A DNA stretch of 64,000 nucleotides from Glycera tridactyla (Eukaryota): contig OZ286460.1 in assembly GCA_965644265.1 (NCBI GenBank), positions 21,638,001-21,702,000 of the forward strand, given 5' to 3'. A model generated the notes under the pieces. The model was not told where the DNA came from, searched no databases, and saw only the letters and a list, made by a program, of their open reading frames with translations. The translations under genes and the position numbers were made by a program. Each line of letters begins with the position of its first letter. Within the stretch, counting starts at the first letter, position 1. Below are positions 1-12,800 of the stretch, piece by piece.

Positions 1-648
1 ACGGTTGAATAATGTGCTCATAAATCCCTCCACTATTAGATCTAAAATGCACAAATATGCTAAGAACTGGTGTTGATATTTCAATATTGGGATAGCGTCT
101 TTACATTCTAGACCTTGAAGATATTGCTCCTTCTTTGTTCCCCAAGTCATGATATGATTCAGATCATTTCAGGCAAGGATTTGTTTTCACACCACACTGC
201 AACCACTAAATATATATCATCTTGAAAATCAAATGATTTGTAGGAAATTGCATGTTTGGTTCACATCAGTTGAATGGACAGGTACGATTGTTTACAGGCA
301 TACCACTTGTCTCATCCAATGTCTGTAATCTTTCAAAAGTTAGGGTTTGAAGTTCGAATACATGAGGATTCATGTATGACTATAGCACTAGCTCCGCCAA
401 AAGGAGTAGCCATTCATGAAAATGATTGTAGAGAATGCTCACATCCACTCAGCTAGTTAATTAAATGTGCCTCTTCTTGATGTCTGTTTTTGGGGTTGGC
501 ACATCTGTTCATAATGATATTTCCTGTTCCAAGCTCAGAAATAGAGAAAGGTCAGAAAAGACAATCATTGAATAGTACTCACTGTTTGTGCTAAAGATTC
601 AAGATGAATGAAATTTAGTAGTTTATCTCATTATCCTTTCTGTTTCAG

Positions 649-877
649 TTGATCCTGTCAGTGAAGCATTCCTCCGAACATATGCAGAGGCAGCAATCAC
701 CCTTGATAAAGATGATCTGCACCCACTGGCATCCATGAACTGTTATGATTGGACAGATGTCTGTGCTAAAAATAACATCACATCCTACCCAACGACTCGT
801 ATCTATCGTCCGGATGAGCCACCGAAAGAATACATGGGTGTTCTAGATGGTTCGGGAGTCATCGCATCAGTCAAAAT
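649..877 (+). CDS. TXNDC16: TXNDC16 exon (DPVSEAFLRTY...NCYDWTDVC...GVIASVK)
   Basis: tttcag acceptor at 648, gtaatg donor at 878; 2+225+2 nt; CX6C motif. Confidence 0.88.
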
Positions 878-3800
878 GTAATGTATTTTTATTAGAGTGC
901 CACGTTCCAGCCAGTTACCACATATATTCTGTGCTTCAAATGAGAATGGAATTCACCAGGATCTGTGAAATTATCATTGCCAGTATTTCTGTTTCTTGGA
1001 TATCAGTAACCCCCTTACTTTTGGCTCACAGTTTCCCAGTTTGTTCATTGCCAGGGCATTTGCCACATTACATTGGGGAAATTTTGTGAAGAAAATGCCT
1101 CGTTTTCTTGAATTTGAGGGGGCAAATGCCCCCAATTTTAGAAATCCTGGATGCCACCCTGCATTGCTTCACAGGCTGATGCTGTTTGATATGGAAAAAA
1201 AAACTTGATGGGTATTCATTGATAAATGACTTTGACTAGTGGCATACCCTCATCTGAGGTGTACTAAGTCTTACAAAATTAGTTTTAATGTTCTCATTCA
1301 TTCCATTGGAGCCAGATCTGTAATAGAAATGTTGATAAGCTGAGGAATGAAAAAGCTGTGGATGTGAGAGACATGTGTTTATCAGAATTAGATTGTAATG
1401 AATTCCAGGTATTTGCTTCAGTTTTTTCAGCAGCTCCATTTCTACTGGATTCCTGGTACTGATATCACGATATTGTTTTCTGTATTCAGGTTACTTTCCA
1501 ATTCACCTATGTACATGACATCCATCGATGATGTAGACTCCTTCATGGATGGGAATCTGCCAATGAGCATGCGGAGTATCACTCATATTGCTGTGTTAGG
1601 ATTATTCACCGATAAAAACAAAGATGGTATGTACCAGATTAATTCGAATCTTACCTGATCTTGATTAGTATAGAGCATTATTGTCACATAATCTTTAAAA
1701 ATCTGTGTCTATACGAGTCATGTCTTTTGTGTCTCATACATCCATCAACTCATGCAAGTATTTATTCATTTATTTTTTGGCAGAGTTGGCATTATTCAAA
1801 TCGACTGCTAAACTTCTAGAGGATAAACTGGTGTTTGGCTATGCATCAAGCGAAATCTCGCAACAAGTGTAAGTTACATTTATGGAGTTTTCATCATGTA
1901 GTCATTTGTATACATTCGTATGAGCATTGTGCATGAGAGATCCTTCATTTTTTGGAGGAAATGAAAAAGTGTTACTGCAATAGACTGTTTTAAACATGTA
2001 AGGTAATCCTGTATGTATTATTGGCAGTAAGAAAATGCCTGACTGTGATTGACAGTTCATGGACATTATGAATTTCTGTGTAGAATATCTTAATCACATG
2101 GAAGGTGCACACCTACATGATTGAGACTCATCCCTGTCTGAATACATATGATTAGATCTGGAAAATTCACTGGTGTTTGGATAAGAAAGGAGGAGAATGT
2201 TACTGCAGTTCTGTCTTTGCCCCTGATAATGATGATCTACTGGATTGGGATACAATTTCAACAATTATTATTGACAAGACCATATAAACTCCAAAATCTT
2301 CAGAAGTTGTCTGTCACTTTGATTTCACTGGTGGGCATGTTTTCTTTCTGTAGGTTCCATTTCAAGCCTTCCTTCTCAGTGAAATACTTGCATTCTGTTT
2401 GCGGCTGATAACGCTTTCTTTTTCCATGCTGGACAAAGCAATATGTCAAAAACCTACATGGCTTGGATTTTGATTCCTTATTCGAATTCAAAGTCTGTCC
2501 CTCCTTTGAGAATTATCGTTTGGTTCTACCTTTGGTCTGATGTTGGATGTGGTGTTTCCATTGAATCTTGTCTGAGCAATTGACTGATTTACATCGAACC
2601 TTGGTCTGTATTATGTACATTCACCCATCACTTGTCATAGCCATGTTGTAAACAGAAAAGAATTTTTGTATCTGGGTAGCATGTACTGATTTGAAATGAT
2701 TCCTTTCTCTCCTCACAGAGCCTCAAAGTACAAAGCCCAAGCTCCTGCTGTGATTGTGTACAAGAGACATGATGATCTCCAGCCATACAGAACAGTTAGT
2801 TTACAGTCAGGAATGAAAGAGCAAGATTTGATGAGATCCATTGTGGAGGCATCACNNNNNNNNNNNNNNNNNNNNNNNNNNNNNNNNNNNNNNNNNNNNN
2901 NNNNNNNNNNNNNNNNNNNNNNNNNNNNNNNNNNNNNNNNNNNNNNNNNNNNNNNNNNNNNNNNNNNNNNNNNNNNNNNNNNNNNCCACCCAATGTTTGT
3001 AAGAAAAGTGTTGGATAACTGCATTTGGTGGCAGTATCCTCCTGTCCTGAACCTGCTTTGTGTAAAAGAGGCATCATGACCATACCAATTGAGTCATGCT
3101 TTATGTAGCTGCTCAGTATGGTGACTGCAAATATTTTCATGACACATGTACTTGTGTGGCCTGTGTCAATACAACTCAAGGCGTTTGGAATCATATGCTT
3201 GAATGCTATACAAGGAAGGTTTTACTTTGCNNNNNNNNNNNNNNNNNNNNNNNNNNNNNNNNNNNNNNNNNNNNNNNNNNNNNNNNNNNNNNNNNNNNNN
3301 NNNNNNNNNNNNNNNNNNNNNNNNNNNNNNNNNNNNNNNNNNNNNNNNNNNNNNNNNNNNNNNNNNNNNNNNNNNNNNNNNNNNNNNNNNNNNNNNNNNN
3401 NNNNNNNNNNNNNNNNNNNNNNNNNNNNNNNNNNNNNNNNNNNNGTATGTTCTTTACATTTTCAGCCTGAGTTGACAACTGTTAATTTCCCTGCCTACTT
3501 CAGTCTCAGGCGACCCTTCGTTCTACTCTTCGATACAGACATAAAGCCTGGTGCTGCCTCACATAAACTTGTCAGTGAATTGGCAAGCACGGGAGAATTC
3601 CCCCAAGTCATCTTCGCCTGGCTCGAACTGTAAGTACTTATTTGTCAAATTCCCCTTGTTAGGTTCCAGCGAAACTAAGGGGTCAAATAAGTTGCAAGAC
3701 TTCGACTAAATCCCGACTTATGGAGGCAAAATGTTTGGGGCGACTTATATGCTGGGTCAACTTATATGCTGATATATATGGTGTATGGTGTGTCACTCAT

Positions 3801-6800
3801 AAACAAGGCCACTCAATATTCTGGATGTTCGGGTTGATTCAAAGCATTCACTCAATGATACTGTGGATATTATTCCTTGCAGCGAGCCTCTCCATCTCTC
3901 CTCACCTGCCTATCCATCTTTGAGTGCAGTACAAAAACTGCTAGAAAACTTGCCGGGCATCCAAAATGATGATATTTCAGTATGGTGGTCTTGTTGGTGA
4001 CAGTGGTGGCGGTGGTAGCATGGTCAAGGACCTATCCATGAGGCAGGCACACTCATCCAAATAGCTGACAACCACCTGTTAGTGCCCATGATGTAGCAGT
4101 CTTCACAAAAACACTTTTTTAGCCACTCCCCCGTTGGGAGAGCAAACTGGAAAAATCACTCTCCCGAAAATAAATTCACTCTCCCGAATATGTTCAAAAA
4201 CTGCAGGGAAGACAAGCTGAAACAAGGATCTCTTGAGAGCAAGACATTTGCGTGAGTGAATGCTTTATCATGATGTGAATTCCAACTTATTCATCGTAGA
4301 AGTAACACCAACCCATTTTTGCTCAGGCTCATTCTTCAGAATCAAACATGTAGATGTATATGCAAAGTCATCTTGCAGGAATAAGGTGTTTCTGTTGTAG
4401 TAGTCAAAACCGTGATGTTCTGTCTTCACAAGGAATACATGACTTTCTGATCAACTGAAAAATGTACACTCTCCTATTGGGAGAGTGAGTTTGGTCTTTC
4501 CACTCTCCTGAAATCAAATTCTACTCTCAAGGATTTGGGAGAGTGGCTAAATTAGAAGACTGTGGTAGTGGTATCATCACAAGGTTTGATGACTTTAAAA
4601 GGAGTTACTTTTAATCTCCAATGCCAGAATTCAGTATGTGATTCTTTCAGCATATTGGGGAATTCCATTGTAGTGTGCACTTTGATTACATCGCCCATGT
4701 CAGTGGCAGGTAGGATATGGCTCTTGTATACTGCACACAGAGTGGTTGACAAGAATGTTCACACTATTTATATATCCCAGAATTTCTTTTTACTCTATCA
4801 AAATGGCAATGCCACCAGATTTGGATTCATCTGAGTGGGACTTTTCCATTGTTACAATCTTCACTTTCTAGTACAAAAACTGTTGATCCCATGAATTATA
4901 AGTGCTATAGCCATGGTCCCTGGAAGCACATACCTTATTTGCCTTTAGACCCATGCTTTAGCCTGTTATGGATGACCATAACTTGGTTTCAGGAAGAAGT
5001 TGATTTTGGCTCAAATTTCCTCTGCAATTGATTGGTTGACTCTGATTTTTATGCCACAAATTCCATTGCATGAAGTTTTCAATGTCTTCTTGAAAGATTG
5101 TTTCGGAAAATCGAAATCGGGCTAGGATTCATGAGTTCAGCATGAATAAAGAGATGAGCTATGCAATTCTGCCCAACTGGGAATTTATGAGGTGGAAGAA
5201 GGTGAAATTGTTGACAATGACTTTATCACAAAGCTCGAATAGTTGGCATGTAATCTCAAGGATTTGCTTACATGCCTACATAGCAGGATGCGAGTATGAT
5301 CTTCACTCACCATATGAAAACAAATTCCGTCATATCGAATTAATTGATCCATATATTAGTTAAGATGCCATTCTTTGATCACATATGGGAATTTGATTAC
5401 TTGTATCCAAGAATAGTTAAATGATGTAACATGACTAAAATCTGTCTCTGTCATTATATATTCGTTCATCTATTCGTTTCTTTTCTTGACTATTCTTTCA
5501 CTGGTTTTATGTGACGGTCAGGTCAACGGTGCTTAATCAAAAACTGCCAAGCTGTCATCAGTAGTTATGATATTTACCGGTACCTGTAGATTGTTGTCAA
5601 TGGAAACAAGGCACTAGATGGCTATGGTCTGACATGTGCAGCTGTTGATACCAGAAAACAGAAAGAATTCATTGGGGAAACTTGCTTGCTTAAGCTTAAG
5701 AGAGTGAAAAGACCAAACTCACTCGCCTGATAGGAGAGTGGTATCCTCAAACTATGGTGGCTGTCCATACTGCTCTGCCCAGCATTCAGTAATCCAAAAT
5801 ATCGAGTTGTGTGTTACATCATAAGTAAACAAAAATATGGTTCTGAAATTTGCTTTGGATTCACAATCTCTCAGTTGGTTTGGCACTTCATTCCTCTGCT
5901 GCGAACCTTTTACAGAAATCACATTTGTTGTGTAGAACAAAATGAATCTTGGGAGTATGAGGTTTTTTTTAGTCCCTTGACTCCGTTCTTGGTTATGATA
6001 TAAATTTCTTAGACATATATTTGGGCACGAGTTTGTTCAGACAGTTGTGAAATAGGCAACAGAGAATTTTTGTCTGGCAACAAGGGTCATTAATCTCAAG
6101 GACTCATGTATGGCTACAAATGAAGAATATCGGTTGCACCTCAAGATAATCCTCCAAGCTTTGTTTTGTAATTTTGTTAACTGTTTGAATGAAGAATTCC
6201 ATCTCCCTAATCCATAAGAGTTAAGACAATTATTTAAATGGAGTACAACTCAATTTTTGAGACATGAAACCTCTGGCAAGGTGCCAATCTTCTATTAAAT
6301 TATAGTTTATGAATGTGAGTATTAAAACTCAAGCAGACAAAAATAAATTTATGCCAGTCATTGGTGTTCTGGCATAGATATGAGGGCAAGAAGTGCAAAT
6401 CAGTCTGAATCAAACACATTTATCAGGTGAGAGTAAGTGGATTGCTTATGGAAATTTTGTGAAGTTGCCTAGCATAATTCTCAACATTTGTGAAAACGCT
6501 ACTCCGTTTCTAGGAGAGAGGGCGCCACAGTCGACACGTATATTCGTCACTTGGAAGCTGTCTTCGACAGGGAGCGGACGTGTATAACACGCCCGCAGTG
6601 TAGGCCTGATGGTGTACCAGGCGACGCTAAAACTATACTCAGTAGAGAATGGAGCGCAGTAAGGGCATATTAAGACCCGCTGTGAGCCAAAATAATGATA
6701 AAAATTTCAGAAATGAAGTTTAATCGTTATAAATGAAAGCGTTGTGGGTCAACAACAAAAGGCTTTCGAATGTAAGTATATAGGTCAATCGAGGTATTCC

Positions 6801-9800
6801 CCGAGAACCGCGAGCTAAAAATAGCCCGGATTCTCCGTTGACCCGATTAGGGGAATGCTGATTGGCCGAGACGGACCACGTGACTCGCGCGAGAGAACGC
6901 GAGATCAAAGTGACGTCATAACGCGGGAAACCGGCTTCTTCACTCTCTCTTTGTCATAGCCTCCAGCGCTGCAGACCCTGATGCCTGTCACTACCCGGCA
7001 GCTTCGGACTGGATGAGTGAGGCTATCTTTGTCATCGATTGTAAACAAACAAGATGGCGGATTGCGATGATGATATGCCAGCGTTAGAACCGCAAAACAT
7101 AAATGGAACGAAGAAAAAGCGTTCTTCATCCGTATCAGCATCGATAGGCTCCACACCAGACCGCATTCATGCTGAAGAAAACGTTACCGATTCGTCAGAT
7201 CGCCCAGCGAAATCGACGATAACAACGGTTACCAGAAGTGATACGGCTGCCAAAAAGTCATCGAAATCTGGTGAGATCGTTCCTACAAAATCCGACAAAG
7301 AAGATGAATGTAGAACCTCTCAAAAAGACATTACACTACATTCTAACGCATGAATATGTGTTTATAAAACCAAATTATGCCACGAAATGTGTTGGTATGG
7401 GAATCTTTTCTCCACAAAACGATTCTTTTTAGAGGGTTTTTAATGCGAACTAACGCCAAATCCCTCTATTTTCGCCCATGCGATCGGCACAGATAGTAGA
7501 GTTAGTATCACAACTCAGGATCCTGTGGAATTTGGCTCTCGAGCCTGAAATTCGGACCATTATTAACAAAATGTTGTTGAGGCTTTGGTCAACAGATTTG
7601 ATGGTGTTGATAAACAAATCAAATCACTTAGTGATGCAACTGTCAAACTGTCACATTTGCAAGCATGCAAATGACAAGCATCAACCAACAACAACAGCTA
7701 GGTAGATTGATGGAACTTGCCTTCAACTTCTGCTACTGTATTCAGATCTTGTAATTCAAGTGTTATGAATACTATAACATCTTAATGGATTGATATGCAA
7801 CATAATATGTATCTATATTTGTACAGCAGTCAACAAACCATTTTAATAATAGAATTTCGCCTGAACATGTTGTCTTGCAACATGATCTGCATCACCAGCT
7901 GATCACTCCCCTGGCATCTCAGCTTGTTTTACAACATGATCTACATGGCATGAAAATAACAGATTGGTCTGAATTTTGCATGCTGGAATTGATATGCAAA
8001 ATTATAGCCATTGATATTACCTATGACAATCCGGGTAGACAAAATATCACCAGACAGTGCCATATTAATGAATATTTTGAGCTATAATTACAGCTGTGTT
8101 CCTCTGGCTTTCGAACCAGGGCTTGATAACTACAATTGCATTGTGACACTGTCAACATTATTATTGATGTTGTGCAGGAAATGGTTGTCATATAACTACC
8201 ATTCTCTATAGCCAGACTGCAGGAAATTGATATATTTCAGCAATTGGATTAAGCTGTAAATGTTCACCGTAAGCAGGATTCTAGTCGCTGCTTTTCTCTA
8301 TCGATGAAAGCATCAGAATGACTGATATGAGCTCCAAAATGCATGCAAAGCAGCATTTCTCTCGAAAAATGAGATAACATCCATGATTTCAATCGTTTAA
8401 ACAAGTTTGCAATTGAGATCATACTCTGCTTAATCAGAGTAGTGAAGAAGACATGTACTTGAATAAGTTGCCAGAGGATATTCCTTTTTTGTGCAGCTTC
8501 TTTGCCGGAATACTATCAATTTTGGACCATTATTATTATGGTATCAATTTAGAATTTCACTAATATCCTACTCGAAATTCACCCCTCAAAACATTCTCAA
8601 ATGTCCCATACAGAGGAAAATTTCTAGTGACAGTACTTTCCCCGCAAATGAGCATTCTCATGAAAGCTCAAATACAAAAGCTCATAGAGTGATAGTTCCT
8701 ACTTACCCTGAATCAGGAGAATATTATTCTCATGTATTCCTGAGGGAGAAACGTGATGGGAAACAAATTTAGAATGATCATAAATTCAAGACCCATCAAA
8801 CAGGAAATATTATATCGCCATTTCAAAATGGCAACAGTTGAAATCTGTGCAACCATGATTTATACAAATGCATTTCTTGCTTCATTAAATTTGCAAGACG
8901 CATATCTCATGGTCAAAGTATCAGAGTTTTACCAGAAATTTCTTAAATTTGCTTGACAAAACTATCACTATAAATTCATTGGAATGCCTCAAGGCTTAGC
9001 ATGTGCACCGCGGATCTTTACCAAGATGTTGAAGCCAGTGATGTCTCATTTGCAACAGATGGGTATTACAGTCAGTAATTATCTTGACGACATTTTTATT
9101 GTCTCACCATCAAGAGAGAAATGCCTGGAAGATATTCATTCAAGCATTTCGGTACTCAGAAACCTAGGTTTCAGAGTGAACATTGCCAAATCTGTTACCA
9201 CCCCAACTCAGGAGATGGAACATTTAGGCTTTCATTGCAATACCAAACTGATGCAAGTGAGCATCACGCAAGAGAGACTCCAGAAACTTATAGAAAGAGC
9301 AGGTCCCCTCTTGACAAGAATACCTACCATCAGACAAACCATGCGCTTCATTGGTACAGTAGAATCGTGCAAATTAGGTGTAAAATACACATATTTGTAC
9401 AAACATCTATTAGAAATAGACAAAAATGCTGCTCTAAAATCAAGCCGGGGATGTCTGGACATTATCATGTCAATATCTGAAGCCTCTGTACAAGACATCT
9501 ACTGGTGGTTATCAAGTGCAATACATTGTCCCACACCAGTTATGCCACCAACCATAGATTGTCAGCTGTTTACAGATGCATCCAACTCTGGTTGGGGTGC
9601 AACATTTATGGCATCATCTACCGATGGACATTGGAATCAAGATGAACAAATGTTACACATCAATAGCTTAGAACTTCTTGCTGTCAAATGTGGAATTCAA
9701 TCGCTTTGCAAACAATTGAATGACTGCCATATTCAGATCCCATCAGATGATGTAACCACAGTCTGTTATATCAATGAAATGGGCAGTTGTCGCTCAGTCC

Positions 9801-12800
9801 ATCGCAATCTAATAGCCAGAGAAATTTGGACTTGGGACATCAACAAAAATATCTGGCTGTCTGCAATACATATTGGAAAATCTTCCAATATCATGGCTGA
9901 TATGGAAAGCAGAACACAGAATGATCGGACAGAGTGGCAACTTGACCCATCAATTTTTGAATGGATCTGTAACATATCCAAAAATAGATCTATTTGCCAG
10001 CAGATTAAATGCACAATCACAGAAGTTCATTTCTTGGCGGCCAGACCCATTAGCAATCCATACAGATGCACTCTTACATGGCTGGGGGAACTGTATAACC
10101 TATACATTCCCTCCTTTTAGTATCAACTCACGAGTCCTGCAAAGTTCAAGTAGAACAAACTACCACTATCATGGTAGTACCAATATGGACAACCCCACAT
10201 TGGTTCGCGCAATTCCTGAGCTTGCTAAAAGAATATCCAGTGATTCTGCCGAATCGACATACCCTTCTGCGTCTACCATTCGACCCAGAGAGGATCCACC
10301 CTCTCTACCCTCAAATGAGACTGATTGCAGGACTGATCTCGGGGATGCATTGCAAAACCTCGGAATTCCAAAAGAAATTGCAGAGACTTGTATCAGATCA
10401 TGGAGTATTGGAACTTGAACCCAATACTCATGCTACATTTGCCAGTGGCAAAGTTTTGCAGAGAGACGGAATTACAATCCCAGTCTCCCTATGGACAGAG
10501 AATTAGCTGAATTCATCATGCATCTCAAAGATAGGGGACTATCATATAGCACTATCAATACGGCCAAGGCCGCAGTCATGAACGTCATCTCTTTCAACTT
10601 GAACTTTACTCCTCATTCCTTCCTCCTGGATAGACTAATGAAGGGTATAGCAGAAGGACAAGCACCTTCTAAAGCACATACAGAAGTGTGGGACCCAGAT
10701 GTAGTCCTAGCCTACATCCGGAATTTACCACGCAATACAGAGAATGCTGACACATAAACTTGCAATGTTAGCTGCCCTAGTAACAGGACAAAGCTCACAA
10801 ACTCTACATTTGCTTAATCTGAATACCATAAAATTATCAGAAGACTGTGCATGTTTTGTGGTTATGGAAAGACTCAAGTGTAAAAAGAAAGGAGTACCTT
10901 TGACTGTTCACTTTCCTAAATTTCACGAGGAAAGCTTATGTGTATTGACCTGCCTACGAGAATGTATCCGTCGCAGCAATTATGTCAGAACAACAAGCGA
11001 AAGACTTTTTCTGATCACTGTCAAACCTTATGGACCTACCACCAGGGATACCATGAAGAGATAGATAAAGAGCATGATGAAAGAGGCAGGTATAAATGTA
11101 GAGATCTACACTGCACACAGTACGCGATCGGCCTCAACAATCAAAACCCTGCCAATATCTTCGATAATGAAGGCTGCAGGATGGTCAAATGAGTCCACAT
11201 TGGCGAGACATTATCACAAACATATTCATCAACACGATGAATTTGCCTCAGCAGTGTTGAGGCCCACAGAAATTCGCCATAAATAGATATGGACTATTTT
11301 GATGTAAATATGTTGTGCAAATGCACAATGAACTATCGTGGCATCCCTATATTGTATAGGGAAATCATCCATATTGTTTCACAATTGATGATGGAAATTA
11401 TCCTTCCCATGAAGTAACAGGATTGATATGGATATGGATACCAAAAGTTCTAACACGTGAGGTGATTAGAACAAAAATCTGCGATGCAAAAGAGTTGGAT
11501 ACCTATATAATAGGTGAGCTCATTCTAACTATGAATATGCTTTGAAATCTCCTAGAAACGGAGTAGCGTTTTCACAAATGTTGGTTTGTTGAACGAGACT
11601 TACCTTAGTAAGGTGTAAGTTTGACGTACAACATTTGGGAAAACAGCTACGAGAGTTTATAGGCCCACCACTGGGCCCACCCATTATATATATATATATA
11701 ATGCCTATAAACTCTCAAAATAGTTAGAATTCGCAGCTGTAAAATGTGACGAATATACGTGTCGACTGTGGCGCCCTCTCTCCTATAAACTCTCGTAGCT
11801 GTTTTCCCAAATGTTGTACGTCAAACTTACACCTTACTAAGGTAAGTCTCGTTTAACAAACCATTTTCAGACTGATGTCTGATCCAGAGCATCAGTTGGG
11901 CGTCACTCAGTGTTTTCTTGCTTATGTTAATCTGGAACAATAATTGTTTGGTAGATTCCGGAAGGATAATATTGCTCATCGCGTATTGACAGAATATAAC
12001 AGTGAAGCAGAAATTCCTGCCGTTTCCTATGTAAACCATCAAGAGGTAAGAGTCACTTTTAGTTAATCAGATATATGTCCTTGTCATCATCATCACTGCA
12101 CTAGCATAACTGTGTTATTATACTAAATTCTGCCAACCTGTCTTGCTTGCGCAATCAAATGTGCCTACGCCTTCTCAAAGCCTGTAGAAATTGTGTACTT
12201 ATGCCATGTTGTACATTTCACATGAATCATTGAGAATTACTTTTTCATGCATGTTTCCTGGATGATAAAGTACCCGTGTCACAATCTGCAGTGCAAAGGG
12301 TTATATGTGAAATTTGAACCTGTGTGGCTGACAAGTCGAATATGGGGGATTTCATGAGAAAATTGCATTTGATTAGCCCAAAACCAACATTTTATTTTGT
12401 ACACCATGTTTCGATCTCAGGCCATTCCCATACATTTTCTCATGGTTGAGCATACCCATTCTTCTTGTGATGTCATCAAATGATGCTAGCAGTGCAAACT
12501 TTCAACTGATCTTTCTCACACTAAATGCCTTTATATCAGTGGTTCATACATGAACTCATATCTAGGACACCCCCCCCCCCATCTCAAAGAGAACCCATCA
12601 TTGTCCAAGTTCATCGCTGGCCCTTTTACCCTGTATCACTCAGATTTCTACAAGGGGACAGAACCTCTTTCCTATCGTCAACCAAAATTGTATGTGTCAG
12701 GTCATATTTCTAGTCAAGAGCCAGATCCAGCTGGATGAGTACTCTCCTGAAGTTGATTATGATTTGTGTGACTCATTTCAAGGTTGTGAGGCAGCACAAC

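Larger units (their letters stand above)
6482..11863 (+). mobile_element. DIRS1-type tyrosine-recombinase retrotransposon, structurally complete and coding-defective, intronic in TXNDC16 (same strand)
   Basis: ITR pair 6511-6550/11746-11785; ICR 11548-11663 complementary to both termini; RT, RNase H, MT and YR remnants in DIRS order; no TSD. Confidence 0.93.

Noticed and set aside
11864-11954. Alternative TXNDC16 acceptor ttttcAG at 11870
   Set aside because: Using it adds 84 nt containing an in-frame TAA; the acceptor at 11954 gives the homologous open frame.
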